A DNA stretch of 64,000 bases, from the NCBI GenBank assembly GCA_900088475.1, contig FLMG01000941.1:1-64000 (forward strand), given 5' to 3'. Under the pieces are notes generated by a model that was given only the letters and a program-made list of their open reading frames with translations, ran no database searches and was not told where the DNA came from. Shown here one piece after another: positions 11,716 through 25,474 of this stretch. A program made the translations under genes and the position numbers. The DNA comes from Hyphochytrium catenoides (Eukaryota; Protista; Hyphochytriomycota). Numbering within the stretch: the first letter of the stretch is position 1; each line of letters opens with the position of its first letter.

Positions 11716-12847
11716 ATGGAGACCACTAGCACTCTGCTTACGCTTTCAGAGAGATTGGTCAAGTCCTTGGTGGAAAGGGAACAGCCATCGGATGAGCGGA
11801 CACGGAATTCTCCTCTACGAGCTCGAAAAGCAATAGATGCCGCCCTTCTGACCTGCTCGACAAAGCCCCCACGAATGTGCAAAGTTAAAGTGGCAGCGTT
11901 CTCTAAGAAGAAGGAGAATTGTGTCGGTACAGCCCATCATGCACCTCCCTCTCTCCAAGACGGTTCTCACGATACTCTTGCAGACACCAAGCTACGAGTT
12001 TTGCTGACGGTTCGTGATCATCTGCAAGAGCTACCGCCCGATAAGAGCAACATGACGGTGATGGAGGCGCTACTTGGACTACGATTCTTCCAATGGTGGT
12101 GGAAGTGGCGGCGCTTCGTATCGAGCCCGAGGGTCACTATAGGGGCAACCATCGTGTACAGTGCGGTGGGATATTGTTTCTTCTACATAGCTGAGCTTGA
12201 TGAGGTCTTCCTCTCTCTACTTGCCATGACCTATGCAGTACTGGGGGGACATATTCTCATGGTTCAGTTGGCTTTCTGGAATCGGCATCTACTGCTAATG
12301 TCTTTGTTGACCTTTGAAGGACTTCAGTTCGGACTAGAAGTGATTTTGTATGCATTTGCTATGTCTGGCACATTATGCTTCACGCCGTCCGGTGTCTGCT
12401 TCGCTATCTGCGGTATCATAATGTGGGCACAGTGTGTACTCACCTTTGACTGCTTGCCAATCGTTCTTCGACGAAGAGGGATGAAGATTTCACTTCTCAT
12501 TGCCGTCACAAATCAACTGGTGGTGTTGGCTTCCATTTACCTCCAGGCGCTTCCTCGGATGTGCTCCTATCGGCTAGAGATGAAGTATGGTCTTATTGAT
12601 CACCTGAGAGACTCAAGACGATCCAAGTATGGGATCTCTGTGGTGGACCTCTGTCTTAAACCGTGGCTTCACGCTGTTCATGTTAACGTTGAGAGCAGCA
12701 ACGTATTTGGCATGGAGATATCCTCATCATTGTATCTTCATAAAGTCAAGGGTAAAGGTCATGGAGATACCTCACGCAGAACGAAGTTTATACATCAAGG
12801 ACAGGTCAGAACCACCTCCAGACAGAGAAGAGAGACGTGTACCGTGA
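11716..12847 (+). pseudogene. Multi-pass membrane protein, paralog of 48320-49975, with a +1 frameshift at 12658-12660
   Basis: Several TM segments; FDCLPIVLRRRG resembles YDSLPVFARRG. After CL, similarity to the paralog (CLNRLFTVTILTLK...MLKSRL) continues in the 12629-12847 frame (LNRGFTLFMLTLR...FIKSRV). Confidence 0.7.
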
Positions 12848-15289
12848 TGTCAAATGAGCCGTACATAGCGTTAGGTAGGGTGAAGCAGAACGAGCCGTTA
12901 GATAGAGTCGTCTTTGCGACGGATCGATCAGCTCAGCAGCAACTAGGCCAAGGTCATCTACTAGTTGAGTAGATACGGCGAAGTACAGAAAGCTCTTCTG
13001 CAGAGTTTGTAGGTTGAGCTGGCGAAGAAGGCAACAGTCACACACGTCTAAAAAGCACTACCGAAATCGACCAAGTGCCTAAGAGAATAGAAGAACGGCT
13101 TTTATGGACCGTGATGCTTCTAGCATATAGCTGACTGGCGTTTCTCTCGTAGTAGGAGAAAGCTCCTCGTCACTTCTCTCCTCTTCATTCTGTCCACCGC
13201 TGTTGGTGAAGAAAGTTCTCTACTACTACTCACAGCTACCACTCTTGAGCCCTTGTACATTTCTACTTCCTAAGAGTGTCACCTATTTTTTTCCACCACG
13301 TTTTCTCTCTCGTTCCCTACTACTGACCCGAACTCAAGCAGCTGCACTGATTCCCCACTGTTCTCCTCCATCGGGTTTCCTAGCATGGATGCTGTCAGTG
13401 TTGATCTGCCCATTCGTAATCAGACACTGATCTGTCCCATTCCATATCTGCTATACATAGAACAGTGGCACCTTGCCCGTTTGTTAGGTTGATGCATGAG
13501 CCCAAGCAACAGAAAACTCTGCCTCCTCCTCGCATCTTCTAAACCAATCGAGAGAGCAACTAGCTTGTTGGCAACAAGTGGTTCCCGTCCTCGCACCCAA
13601 TTACATAGGGGGCCATCAGCCGAGAGTATAACTGACAAGCAGAGTTGGCTGGTGCGCAGGTTGACTCTGCCACAAACTTTCAAGGATGAAGAGCATATCT
13701 GAAGTCCAGCAGCAAATCCCTGTGGTGCATGGATACTCAGAAGAAGCAAATATGAGCCTCCTGTCTTATTATCAGGCTCTGCTTCATTAAGAGGCTAGTG
13801 GTGTCTTTCCGTTTTGTTGTTTGAGTCACAAGCGGATAATGCCTAAACCCGTCCCAGTGGGAAGCTAAGACCAGATGCCTCTGAGTACTTTATAGGTGTC
13901 TCTGTGGTCGTTTTCTGCTGGTGATCATGATGATGGTGGTGGTCACAAGCTTGTTGTTGCTTTGTTGATTCACGACCACGTTCTTTATTCTTTGGCTCCT
14001 TCAATCCTTCTTGGCCAGATTAGCAAGCTTATCTGAGATATCGAATGATGTGTCAAGAGCAATAAGAGAAAGGATAAAGCTGCTGCTGTTCACAGAAGAG
14101 CTGCTGGGCTATGAATAGAGCTACAAGCAGCACTGCTGCGTTCTTCCTCCTATCAAGGGCCCTACTATTGTTGTGTGCGGCGTCCAACAATGATGGTCAG
14201 CTCTTTCCCGTTTGGCAGACCAAGAAGTCAGGGTGGTCATTCTAGATCACCACGAGGAGCAGCATTATCATGAAGAGATATGGACACCTAATAGCCAAGA
14301 ACGGCTCTCCAGCAGCAGTGTATTATATTGTTGTTGTCCCATTCCTCATTCTGATGATGATTCGGCTGGATCAGGATCAGCAGTGTCTGAGTTGAGGCAG
14401 CTCTTCGGAGCGTTCGCCTCAGTATCTTGCCTGACAATGGAAGCAGTGAGAGCCCGCGTCTCTATGTGCTCAACGTAGGTCGGCTGCACCTACTAGTTAT
14501 CTCCTAGCAAGAAGTGTGGGCTACACCGAGGCCCTGTTCGTTGTCACTATCGAATTAGCAGGGGACCTCTTAAGTCATCAACCAGCTTCGGCAACTGCTG
14601 TGCTTTAGAGGCAGGCAACACCTCTAGAAGCAGAGGCGCTGTCTAGCAACCTCCGTGGAGGCTTCAACAAGGCTTGAGGAAGGACCAAGAAGAATGTGAA
14701 GGAGGTGATGTATGTTGAGTCGACGACAAGAGCCCACAAACTGGATGCTGGCGCACTAACATATGTCGCTTTACGCACATTGTTCACGGAGCCCTAATGT
14801 TATATGTTGTTACAGAAAGGGCAGGATTAACTAATTTTCGCGTACCGAACGTTTCGCATGTATCGTATGGAAAGTTTGATTGCGCACCCTTGGACTATGT
14901 TTTGTGCGGAAAACGCACCCACTCCAGCCTCCACGTCGAGGTCTGATCGCGTCAAAGGTCATACAGAGTAGAAACCTGTGGATCGGATCTTCTTTGCCTT
15001 CATCATCACAATGTCCAGCCACTCGTTCGCTTTGCCTTGGTTCTCATCAGCATACAGATCAGCACGTGGATCTCATACACGGCACGTTTGAGGATTGTTC
15101 TCCTGTTCTCGGTCTGGTCGCATCGTGGCCCTTCTCAATTGCTATTCTGAGCCTCCCTCGGATTCTCGTACCGCATTAGCATATTCGCCTCTCCCTGCAC
15201 AATCGCACAGCGGCGTTACTACTTCTTCGACGGGCATTCGCCTCTTCTTCATTGACTTGGTAGGTTGCTCAGTGGGTTAGCAGCTGAAG

Positions 15290-16371
15290 ATGGCAGCAAA
15301 CAGGCTCGCACAAGCTGTAGGCAAGGTCAAAGGCCTGCTGCCTGAAGCACTGCATTCTCATGGGATATCCTTCGTTTTTAACCAACAGGTACGGTACCCC
15401 GCAACTCGTGTGCCAGCCCAGGCTTCCGCACAGGACCCTTTTTCCGTAAGAGATAAGCAGTTGGTGGCTCTCAGTGTGATGTTCGGCGAAGTTTTCCTTC
15501 CAGGTTGCCTGCTTCTTCTGTTTCTCATTAGTTTACTTCTGCTCCGTAGGTGAAACTTGCTGGCACTGCGGGCATAAAGATTGAGCAACTGACGCATGAG
15601 AAGGCTGAGGTGTCGCTTAAAAACCGGAGAAGGGTCCAGAATCGTAAGATTCTCTTCTGCTATTCCGTTCGCCTTCTGACTGATTGTGCCTAACCCTTAT
15701 GTGGAGTGAGATGCCTCTACTGTTAATTGTCAGGTTGATATTCCCATTCGCCCTCTTTGTGTTACTGCTTGTTGCGTCCTCATCTCATTTCGACCCAGTA
15801 TGAGACATTTATACACCTCTACTTTCTTAGATATTGGCACAATCCATGCCTGTGGCATGGCTCTTTTGGCTGAGTCAGCTTCGGGGGTTGTCTTTGGAAT
15901 GAATGTGCCAGACAGCCATATCCCAGTCATCAAAAGTATGCACATTGACTTCAAGAGGCCAGCGAAGGTGAGTGATGCAATGCAAAGAAGATGACGCGGA
16001 CAAATGGCTGTAGAAGAGCCACAAAGAAGAAACATGATGAGGGTGGCTCTGGAACATGCAGAAAATAGAGATACATGGAAGGAACTATCATGTGGCACTC
16101 TCTATCCGATATAGAGAAGGAAGAAATCGGGGAAAACCCAAGAGCGAGACGGCATCGTGACGTTAAGCCCTTGATGTAACCAGTCTCTTCCTTATAGGGT
16201 GACATGCGAGCTGTAGCCAAGCTTACTCCTGAGCAGATCAACAGCATCTCCAGCCAAGAGAAGGGTTCAGTGGTCGTGGAAACTGTAGTGACGGATAGCT
16301 CGGGGCAGCAGCCAATAGAGGTCACCATGGAGTGGGCTTGGACCCCGAAAAGGCGTCCAGCAAAGGAGTAA
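15290..16371 (+). CDS. Hot-dog fold thioesterase (PaaI/DUF4442-like), 4 exons
   Basis: Exons 15290-15388, 15550-15643, 15831-15967, 16198-16371 (GT-AG) give ...RRVQNHIGTIHACGMALLAESASGVVFGMN...IDFKRPAKGDMRAVA...MEWAWTPK. Confidence 0.88.
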
Positions 16372-16683
16372 GCCACGCAGAGAGAGTCCAACTGCCGCAA
16401 CATCCCTATGACTTTGATACCATCTGGCCCATAATCAGATCTCTGTGTCCTAAGTCCCACATACCTTCTCAGACTATCAACCGTAAATGTACCTGAAAAA
16501 TGACTAAGTAGTAGAAGTAAAGTAATATTACACAGATTATTTGATGTACCAGTCCACGTTTTCCCTTCTCTCACGCTCATCCTCGCGCTTCAAAGCTTGA
16601 GGGTGGCATTTCTGAGAACTATAACGACCTCAGAACCGGACAGATTGTTTCTCGTTCCTCTCTTTCCTTTGCGGTGAGGGAAC

Positions 16684-18967
16684 TTACTTGGCACAGATAC
16701 TCTGTATGATGGACTTAGACGCCGTCTCATGGCAGGAGTGGAGGTATTTTCTTCTGAATAGCTGTGCGAGCTGAGTTACTTCTGCGTCTGCTTTCTGGGT
16801 GTTTCTTTCCATCGAGTTAAGTTCCACCTTCATGCTTCCAAGCTATAAGAAAAATAGTCAAAATTCCGTTAGCCTTGGTGAGTCACCGAAAGACCGAAAC
16901 CTTAAGGGTTTTCTTTCTGCCCATCCCATTTTCTTCAGCAGACCTTCGATTCTACAGACGGCTACCGCTTCATGTTCTCCAGCTCTACTTGGGCATTTCC
17001 TTTCACCCAGTGTGCGTTACGCTACTGCAGACACCGCTACCGCGAGGCTATCTGTGACGGGCGTCCCACCGCAGCATTCACAGGTTCCTCTCGCTTTCCA
17101 ACCTTCACTGGCTAGTAGACGCCATCTTTCTCACATTTACTACCCGCCTCTTCAGCTAATGCCTATTTCTTCTTCTCTGGCACCTTTCTTCCTTGTCTAC
17201 CGTCATTTATCCAAATTCTGAGGGTAGTCGAAGCCCTACACCTCTAGCTGAAGAATTGTTTACCTGTAATTTGAATTCAGCCAGAGCTTCTGCAAAAATC
17301 TTCGTAAGATTGGGGCCATCAAGGTTAGCTCCCTCTTTCTGAGAAGGCTCAGATAGAGCCAAGCGCTGAGACACACAAGGAGCAACTGCTTCTTCCTGAA
17401 TGCGGCGCCAATCTGAGGCTTCAGCCTCCAACCTGTAATGCAAAGAAAGTTATGAACTAGTGAGATCAAGGCGAACATGAGCTGGTGAATGGAGCAAAAC
17501 GAAAAATCTTGGGGGTCGTTTTTTGATAGCAGTGAGATCCGTAAACATCCATAGCTCACACCTTGCAATAGTTTCCTTTAGCTCCGCTCGCTTCCTTCGA
17601 AGCTCCTCATTCTTGGGGTTCTCCTAGTAGAGTGGAGGTAGGTACGAGAAAGAATCATCATCCAAACACTAACTAGGGGGTGCGCAGGAAAGTCTCGACC
17701 AAAGGTCGACCAAGCAATCTGGAGATCGGGCGTCCACCAGCCGTTGAGACATCCCCATACTAAGATGTTTGAGTACCAGACCATCGAAGACGCATGGCCA
17801 TATGAGGGTTACCCCAAGGCGCAAGTAGCCTTCGTCCTCTTTCAATGCTCAAAGCCAAGAAACACTAGGCGAAGTACCTGAATCGTCGTCACTTTATCGA
17901 GCTTTGAGAGCACTTCGGCCGTCATGGTAGGTGATAGAGCATCCAATACCTTGTGCACTATCAGATTAGGAAAGAATCATGGGTTAACCAGAATGTAAGG
18001 AGAGAAAGCATTGATAGCCTAGCCGTGGAGGGACTAGAGTGACATGGCAAAGGAACTTGACCAAGCCAACTTACTGGCTTCTGAAGTTTCAGACACCGAG
18101 GCCGAGTTAGCCCAAGTCTCGAGGCTTCCTCGTTCTGTTGAAAGGATATGGCGAACCATGGTATCTGCACACTCATTAATGTTTTCTCTTCTTAGATTGG
18201 TTGCCGCCAACACAGTGTAGGATCGGGGGGCAGCGTACTCGGTTACCCGTGCTATTCGGAGAACGAGTTAGTAGGAGCTCAGCATAGGGACAGGGAGCAA
18301 CCACACCTCTCCTCTCTGCTGCCGCTTTGGAAATGGGCCTCTTCTTGGTACCCGCGCTTTGCTGCTTCACTGCCTTCTTTGTACTGTCAGTACTGGGCTT
18401 AGCGCTCTCAGTCTTACGAGCGTCTTGTGCCTTCTTGGTGCTCTTGCGCTTGTTTACGCGCTTCTCCCTCTTCACAACCAGATTGTGCACGTTTGTGATC
18501 CCAGCTAGGGGTGAGAAGCTCACACCATTATCTGTGGGTACTGGACTAGACACATTACTAGCCTTCTGGTGCTTAGGCTTGAAGGAGAAGCCGTCTGCAT
18601 CCGCCCTATTGAAACAGTTAGAGGATATCTAGATACGTCTCTCGTAGCCCTGTAGACGTATCACCTGTTTTCTGCATCATCCATGTCAGTGGTCTCCTGA
18701 CTTGGCTTTCCAGCTGGCCGCCGCTTGGCCACGGGAGTACAAACGAGTCTGGTACCACACATGAGTTAGCGTTGATGCATGGCAAGCGAGACAAGGAGAC
18801 AACAAATGCTTACTTATATTTGCGCTTGGACATGTTAAGTCAATAATATCTGGTTGTGCTTCCTTATGGGGACAGAACGCAATGTCAGCAAAGCCCTTGC
18901 CTTCGGAAAGTCTCTGTTTCCGTCTGCATCTGTCTGCATCTGGAGCTTCAAGAGTAACATCCGTCAC
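16684..18967 (-). CDS. Multi-exon gene, possibly kinetochore Mis12-complex subunit DSN1/Mis13-like (5' end uncertain)
   Basis: Exons encode DADGFSFK, a basic disordered region, ENPKNEELRRKRAELKETIAR/LEAEASDW coiled coil, and a last exon 16842-16684 ending SKSIIQSICAK*. Confidence 0.45.
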
Positions 18968-19203
18968 AGTGGAACTTGACTAGCCCATCCAGAATCTGCA
19001 CTGTTATTAAGAATGGCATATATGCCAAGGTAAACACGCCAATATTCGAAATACTACGCAGATTCAAAAAACTAGTCGTTGTCGTGCCGTTATCACAATT
19101 ACAGTGCTTTCTAGACCATGGATAACCAATACAGAAACCTAAGACTGATAATCAAATATTCAGTTCTCTTTTGGCGGGAGTTGCCGATGTATGAACTCCG
19201 AAG

Positions 19204-22200
19204 ATGTTTGTCACTTCTGAAGATTTCTCAATGGGTTCTGATGACCGCAAGTGCAGCTCTCGCCAGAAGGACAACCTCCATCTCTTGCTGGTATTGCTTT
19301 TCATAGTTACTACCTATGCTACCAGCAGGTAGCAAGGTTGGCGGGGAGGCTTGAAGATTTATATACAGTCATTGCTTCCGGCCATGGACAAAGAGATAGG
19401 AAGGTTACGACTATGATGGCTCAACATAAGCTCAAGGCAGTGAAAGACTATCTCAAGTGCAAGCCACTGAGGAACATCTCAGTTTCCAAGTCCTCTATAA
19501 GCACCCAGAGTGCACTGCCGCGTTTAACAAGTACAACTTCTAGCCACGTTGATTGGAGTTCGGACGCGGTATCGCCTCTCACGGCGATTAGCAAGCTGCT
19601 CCAGCAACAGGTTAGTGTCTAGGTTGAAGGAGGTGATGCAACAAGATCTCTCTAACAGCACTAAATAATAGTATGAAGCCGGCTTTACGGAGGTTGACGC
19701 GATAGCTAGCGCTCTGACCCCTAATGAGGTGAGCCTTAGCATTGGTTCGTCTTCACAGCTACCCTAGTACCGCTCCCACAACGACCCTCACTTACAATGA
19801 ACCCCAGGTCTTGGTACTACTTACCAGTGAAGATACGCACCAATGGGAAAATCGTACTCATGGTCGCTCTGCCTGGTGTTCTCTTCTCATTCTATCCTTA
19901 TTGAAGATACTAGTCTATGCAAGCGCAAGCTCTGTCAACCAAGGTAAAAGACAGTTCTACAAGCCCAAATGCTCATCACTGCTTGTCACACACTTGCGCA
20001 CCAATGTACTCTCACATAGGCAAAGAGGAGACTGTGGCGGCGTTGATGAGATCTAAAGTTCTATATCCACTTGAGGTCGCTGTTCTGGGCGTGTGTGCAG
20101 CAAGATCCACAGCAGAGGCCCTGCAAGCGTTCTGGAATCTCCTCTTTCATAGCCAAAGGCAGGAGGTAGTCCACTGTGTGGTACGGTTGATCTTTATTTC
20201 GGAATACTCTGGGCTTGAGTCCACAATGGAGCTCTGTAGCAAGAGCTTGAAGTACGACCAGCTTTACAGGACCATGGAGCAAGCTTCTCGCCTAACAAAA
20301 GAAGCACTATCGGCCTACATTGCTGCTCATGAGGAGTGGGCCAAGTACTGCAGTCTTCTTCCGGAGGATGTTGTTCCTTCCCTGGTGCGAAGGGTCCTCG
20401 AGAAGAGAGGTTACTTAGAAAAGGGAATATTTGACGCACAAGAGGAGCAGCGGCAAAGCGAAGTTCTTCCCCAGTTACTTCGAAGCGTAGACATTTGGAA
20501 CCTCCTTCCACTACCAGCTAGTGAGACAGACAGCTGCCAACTAGCAACGTTTTCTGAATATCTTGCCAGGACCCTACCATGGTGTGCAGAGAACTGGCCC
20601 GACATCAAGGCCCTGCGGTCGGCCTCTCCTGCTAGCGCTTCAGGTACTTCTGTCTGAGCCCTTGTTGGATGAACTATTATTGATACTCTGAATGCTCATT
20701 TCTGCTGTTCTCTCTGCCAAAAGCAATTATAGCAAGGATCCTGGTCAACGAACAAGAGTCAGACCGTGTGGTGCTAGGAATCCTGCAGGACGCAGCACCA
20801 CCCATGGGTTCCCTTTCATCTAGCGTCCTATGTCTTCTTCTTGGAGGAATGGCAGAAGGACCACTGTCAGCTAGAATTGCAGTCCACCTGGCTGATTCCC
20901 TAGCATGGAAAGCTACGTCTTGCTGTCCATTGAGAGTCTCAGATATAGCTCCTCTCAGGCCGCAAAGCACATCTATTACAATGGCGTTTACAGAGCTGGT
21001 AGAAGAGCTGTTTGAATATGTCATGCCAGAGTGAACCTTGGTGCTCGCTCCTCCCTATGTCCACTATCTTGCCTCTAGCTTACTACTACTGTCGTTGCTC
21101 CTCTTACTTCCCTCGCTGTCTTTCTTACATTTTGCACTATCTTCTCTCTCTGAGATAGCTGAAGAATGACGACATTTTGCGGCAAGAGCATGTCTATTCT
21201 TTACTGATGAGAATAATTGACGAAGCGCTATCGCTCGTTTGCGGGGCCGAAGACAGAGCTTGTCGGATCTGCACATTATACGGCATTCTGCAGGAAGATC
21301 CAAAAAGGTAATGCAGAGATGAATTACTTTCAAACCCAATTTACCTTGTCTCCTTTCATTTAACCTTTTTTTCTTGGTAGTGAGATTCGAAGACGAGTAC
21401 ATAAGATTCTCCTGAATGGGTGGAATGGAACACCTCTTCCTGTGCAGGAGCTCTTCGCTTTTACTTCCCGGGACATGGAACATCAGAACTTTCTCTATGT
21501 CATCTGCCGCCATATATTAGCCGCTGAAGAGAACAGCGCTCTATTGTCAGCTCCCTCTCTCAACTTTCAGGGCAGAGTGCTCTTAGGATTGATGAAACTC
21601 GATATTCTGGATGACCAAAGTCGGATGGAAACAGTCTCTCACTACGTTACATTTGTCCAGGTATATCATCCTCTGCCTACCTGGCCGGACACCTCTCTCG
21701 TGACTTCTCAACTCATTAAAGGTCCTCTTCTTATTGCCACGTGGCTCTGTTCCTCTCTAGAACTGTGCGAAGCACTGTATGCGCCTTGTCAGGACGGAAG
21801 AGTTACTGTCACCAACCTTAACTTCCTTACTGAGCACCGTTGCAGCTCTATGCGAGGAAAGAGCTATGCGAGCTGCCATGGCGATCCATTTCCCCACTGT
21901 CTATGGTGAACGAGAGAGTGCCAGCCCAATCCTTACTCCTGACAGCAGAAGTTATCTCTTTAGTCCTAGCATCGAGGATGGCTGGGAAGAGGAGTGGCTC
22001 AAGACTAGAGAAGGACATCGATATGACCTTCTCACTGGGATGTGGTTCTTCTCTCTTGTAGGCACTCTAGTACCAGAAGGATTAGGAGAAAGCCGATGGG
22101 AAGTGCTAGACAGTCTCATGTCTCGTCTCCCTCTGCTTCGCGGGCTATGGTCTACCACTCGTGGTGATGCGCTGGGACAGCTTTCAGAACAGACTCAAAT

Positions 22201-25200
22201 AGCAAAGATCTGGGTCGGCATCTGCCTGTACGCGGAAGAGACTACTTCGATGTCAATTAGTACATTGGGCCCAGCCAAGAATGTCGGCCACCTTGAAGGC
22301 GTTACAGTGCTAGAAAAGCTTATGGTCTTCCACATAGACACCATCACGGGCCCTTCTCTTCTTTCCCCTTCGGTAAGGGACATGTTCTCTCTGTTGGGAC
22401 TGGCAGGAAGGCTGCTGTTGACTTCCGCTCTGGAAGTACTTGAGAGCGCCATTACTAGCGATGGGCTCAGTACCAAGACGGCTAGGGTATCCAAAGGCAA
22501 GGAGAAGCAGACGAATCTCGCTTGCTTAGCGGTATGCCTCGCACACCTCTGTCTTCGCAGGTCCCCGGAGGTAGGCATTTGAGCTCTTTCTCTTCTGTCG
22601 ACAAAACACCTGCCGTCATTCCAAAGACTTCTCTGAGCCTCGTTCTCTCGTCTGCAGCAATTCTATATAATGGGGCATGCTGCTTACCGTCATTGACCGA
22701 TTCACTTTCGGGTTACCCGTGTCTGTCCTCTGTCATATAGCTTGCTGCTGCAAGACTAACGGGATTTGTGCTCAGGGATCAGGAAGCCCTCACCATCCGA
22801 TGGATAGGATTGCGACTGCTGTTCTTCAGAGACTAAGAGCAGAGAACGGCACTAGCCTGGTGGCGCATATTCCTCTTCCAGAACACGTCAGGAAGCTGCC
22901 CCATGGTAGGGACTATTTGCTTGAGAGGCAGAGCTTGAAAGCCTCAGCTACGGGCAGATGCAGGAGCTGGAGGCTGGCTCAAGGGGCAATCCGTGTGTCA
23001 TCTGCAAGCATGGTAGCTAACAATCTCTTTATCTTCCTAGGCTGTAACACCCTGTGGTCCTTTCTGTCGGCGCTACTCGCTTGCTGCTTATCGCATGAGT
23101 CCATTCAGATGTTCTGCAAAATTGTCTCCGGATGGCTGGAGGCAGATCCTGTCCCAACCCGTCTGGCTCCTTGGATATACTCAGAACCTGGGTGCGTCTC
23201 CACCAAAGTGAACACTATCGTTCGCAGCGATGCTATGCTCTTACTCGTCAGCGGCGATGCTATGCTCTCACTCGTCCGCGGTGCACCCTCGTCTGCTATA
23301 CCTCTCCTCACACACTCTCTCTGTCTCTCTTGCTCTTTCTCTCTGCCAGAGTGTCTCCCTGTCTTAGTCTCTCCCTCTGTCTTAGCGTCCCTCCCGTGGT
23401 GACCTTCCGTCTGTCTTGGTCTCTCTCTCTTTCATTCCGGTTGAACTCTTTTCCGTTCAGTTGACCTTGGTCTTGCATGACCGAGAAACTAACAGGTTGC
23501 GCTTTATCGTTCCAGCGGGATCGAAACTTTCTTACAGACCGTGCAAAGAGTATTTGAAGCGACCTACAATCTCCTGGCCAGCGAAAGCGCGGTCAAGCGA
23601 CCTACCATGATCCTTCTGTTGAAGCTTGTGGGTTGTATGGGATACTGCGAGGTAAACACAAAGCGAAGGCCCGGTTGTCTGGGACCTGTAAGATTGTAGA
23701 TGATTGAGCTCTATGCACTCTTGCTACTTCTTGCGGCAGGTCGGCAGAATGGCATTTCTCTCGTCTCCTTGGAACTCAGTCGCCTGCGCCAAAAGTATTT
23801 TGATCAAGCCATTCTCTGACGCTACGAAGGTAGATGGACTACGGCGCCGCCTTCTCAGTTAAAGCTCCTTTGCCTCCATGATTTTGGTCTATGTTGCTAT
23901 CTGTGGCGCCTTGAAAGGATTTGTCTCGCCCACAGTGCCGTCAGCTATTCTTGCCACATCTCTGCTTTCTAATCTCTCTCGGGCCACCAAGCTCGGTGGT
24001 TGGGCCACAAAGCTCGGTGTCAACGAGCAAAATCACGTCTAGCCTGCTAACCTCAGGACTCGGATCTAGGCTAACGCCATGGCCATCATAGCTACCATGG
24101 CGGATATTTTGGCCTCAGGAAGTGACCTTCCTGCTTCCGCCAGCTTCTTTGTCCAAAGGACGCAGGAGACTGAGATGATCTCTACTATCCTAAAGACAGT
24201 GGCAGACTCCCTCACTCTTACGTGCGGCGCCGGCCGCCTCTTGCACCAGCAAGCTTTGGAGAGCATGTTCCACATCATAAGACTGGAGAAAAGGTCGGCC
24301 TTGAGTGGTAACAGTCTATGGCTTCTTTGATAGGCGAGAGGGAAAAAAACTATGGTCAAGAATGCTCTTTGTGCGCGAAACCTGGCAACTGGCTATGCAG
24401 AGAATCGCTTGTGACGCTGTTTATCTGACTTTATCAGCTCACTTCCTTCACGCGCTTCTTTATATGTGTTCGGTGTCTGTCCGGGTCCAGTCCTCTTCAT
24501 TCTGTCCTTTAACCCTCCCCTCCTTTCCATCGTTGACTTTCTGTCTGTGCGTTGGGGTTAAAAGCTGCACGGGCCCTTAAACAACTCCTTTCGTGCCAAC
24601 TGGCAGGCTCGAGTTGAGCGATGGCCAAGGCCGTTCTTGCGAGCAGCAACTTCTTTGCAGTCAGCACCTCTTGCTCCAGATCTTTCTAGCCTACGGTCTT
24701 GGGGAGATGTGGCGAGAAGAAGCGTTGGCAGACTGGACGTTTCTTTGGCATGTACGGACCCAAGGAAGAGTCTAATTGTATCCTTCCTGCTCCAAGAAGA
24801 CTCTAATACTTCTGTTTCTTCCTCGTTTGCAGACTGTCGGTGTCTATAATGTGGTGCTTAGGGTAAGAGGAGACTTTTGCAGAGTGTTCCGCCTCCGTTG
24901 CGCGAATGCTGTCGCAGAGGCGTTTGAGGTGATTGTGGACTCTCTTACCCAGAGCGATAGCAGTCAACAGGCCGGTAAGGATCTCTCTTTCCCGCTCCTA
25001 ACGTCATATCGGCCTCCCCTCTTGACCCTTTGTACTTGCCGACTGATAAACCCTATTCAGATGCAGGTTTCACGGCATATTTGGGTGATCTCCTCGAGTT
25101 CTTAGAGTTAGTTGACGCCTACTCGCTAGTGCGGAAGGAGGCCGGTAAGAAAGATAAGGAAGGCAAATAGCCTAAAGAGAAATCTCGCCCTAATGCTAAC

Positions 25201-25412
25201 ATCCTGCGACTACTTTTGGTCATTGACAGGTGAGCGACTATCTCAGTGGCTACAACGCTCACCGCCGGTCTTTTCATCGCGGCGGCGGGAGGTGTATGGC
25301 AAGGACCTTAGATCGCGCTTTGACGACATCTGTAGGAACATCTACTTCCACACTCTTGAAGGCGGCTAACAAAGAGTTCACGGACGGAGCCACCAGAATG
25401 GTGTCTGATTGA
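19204..25412 (+). CDS. Large multi-exon protein of unknown function, Leu-rich and predicted helical (start approximate)
   Basis: Chain of long ORF segments (19917-20657, 20768-21034, 21442-, 21779-22582, 22677-, 24079-24330, 25230-25412) separated by GT-AG introns with pyrimidine tracts. Confidence 0.65.
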
Positions 25413-25474
25413 AGGAGAGCCTCTGCAAGCTTCTTCCTCTACAAGGGAGTCGCTTGGGGCAGGGCTGTTTCCCA

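Noticed and set aside
23225-23280. ~27-bp tandem duplication
   Set aside because: Small, apparently intronic slippage event with no evident significance
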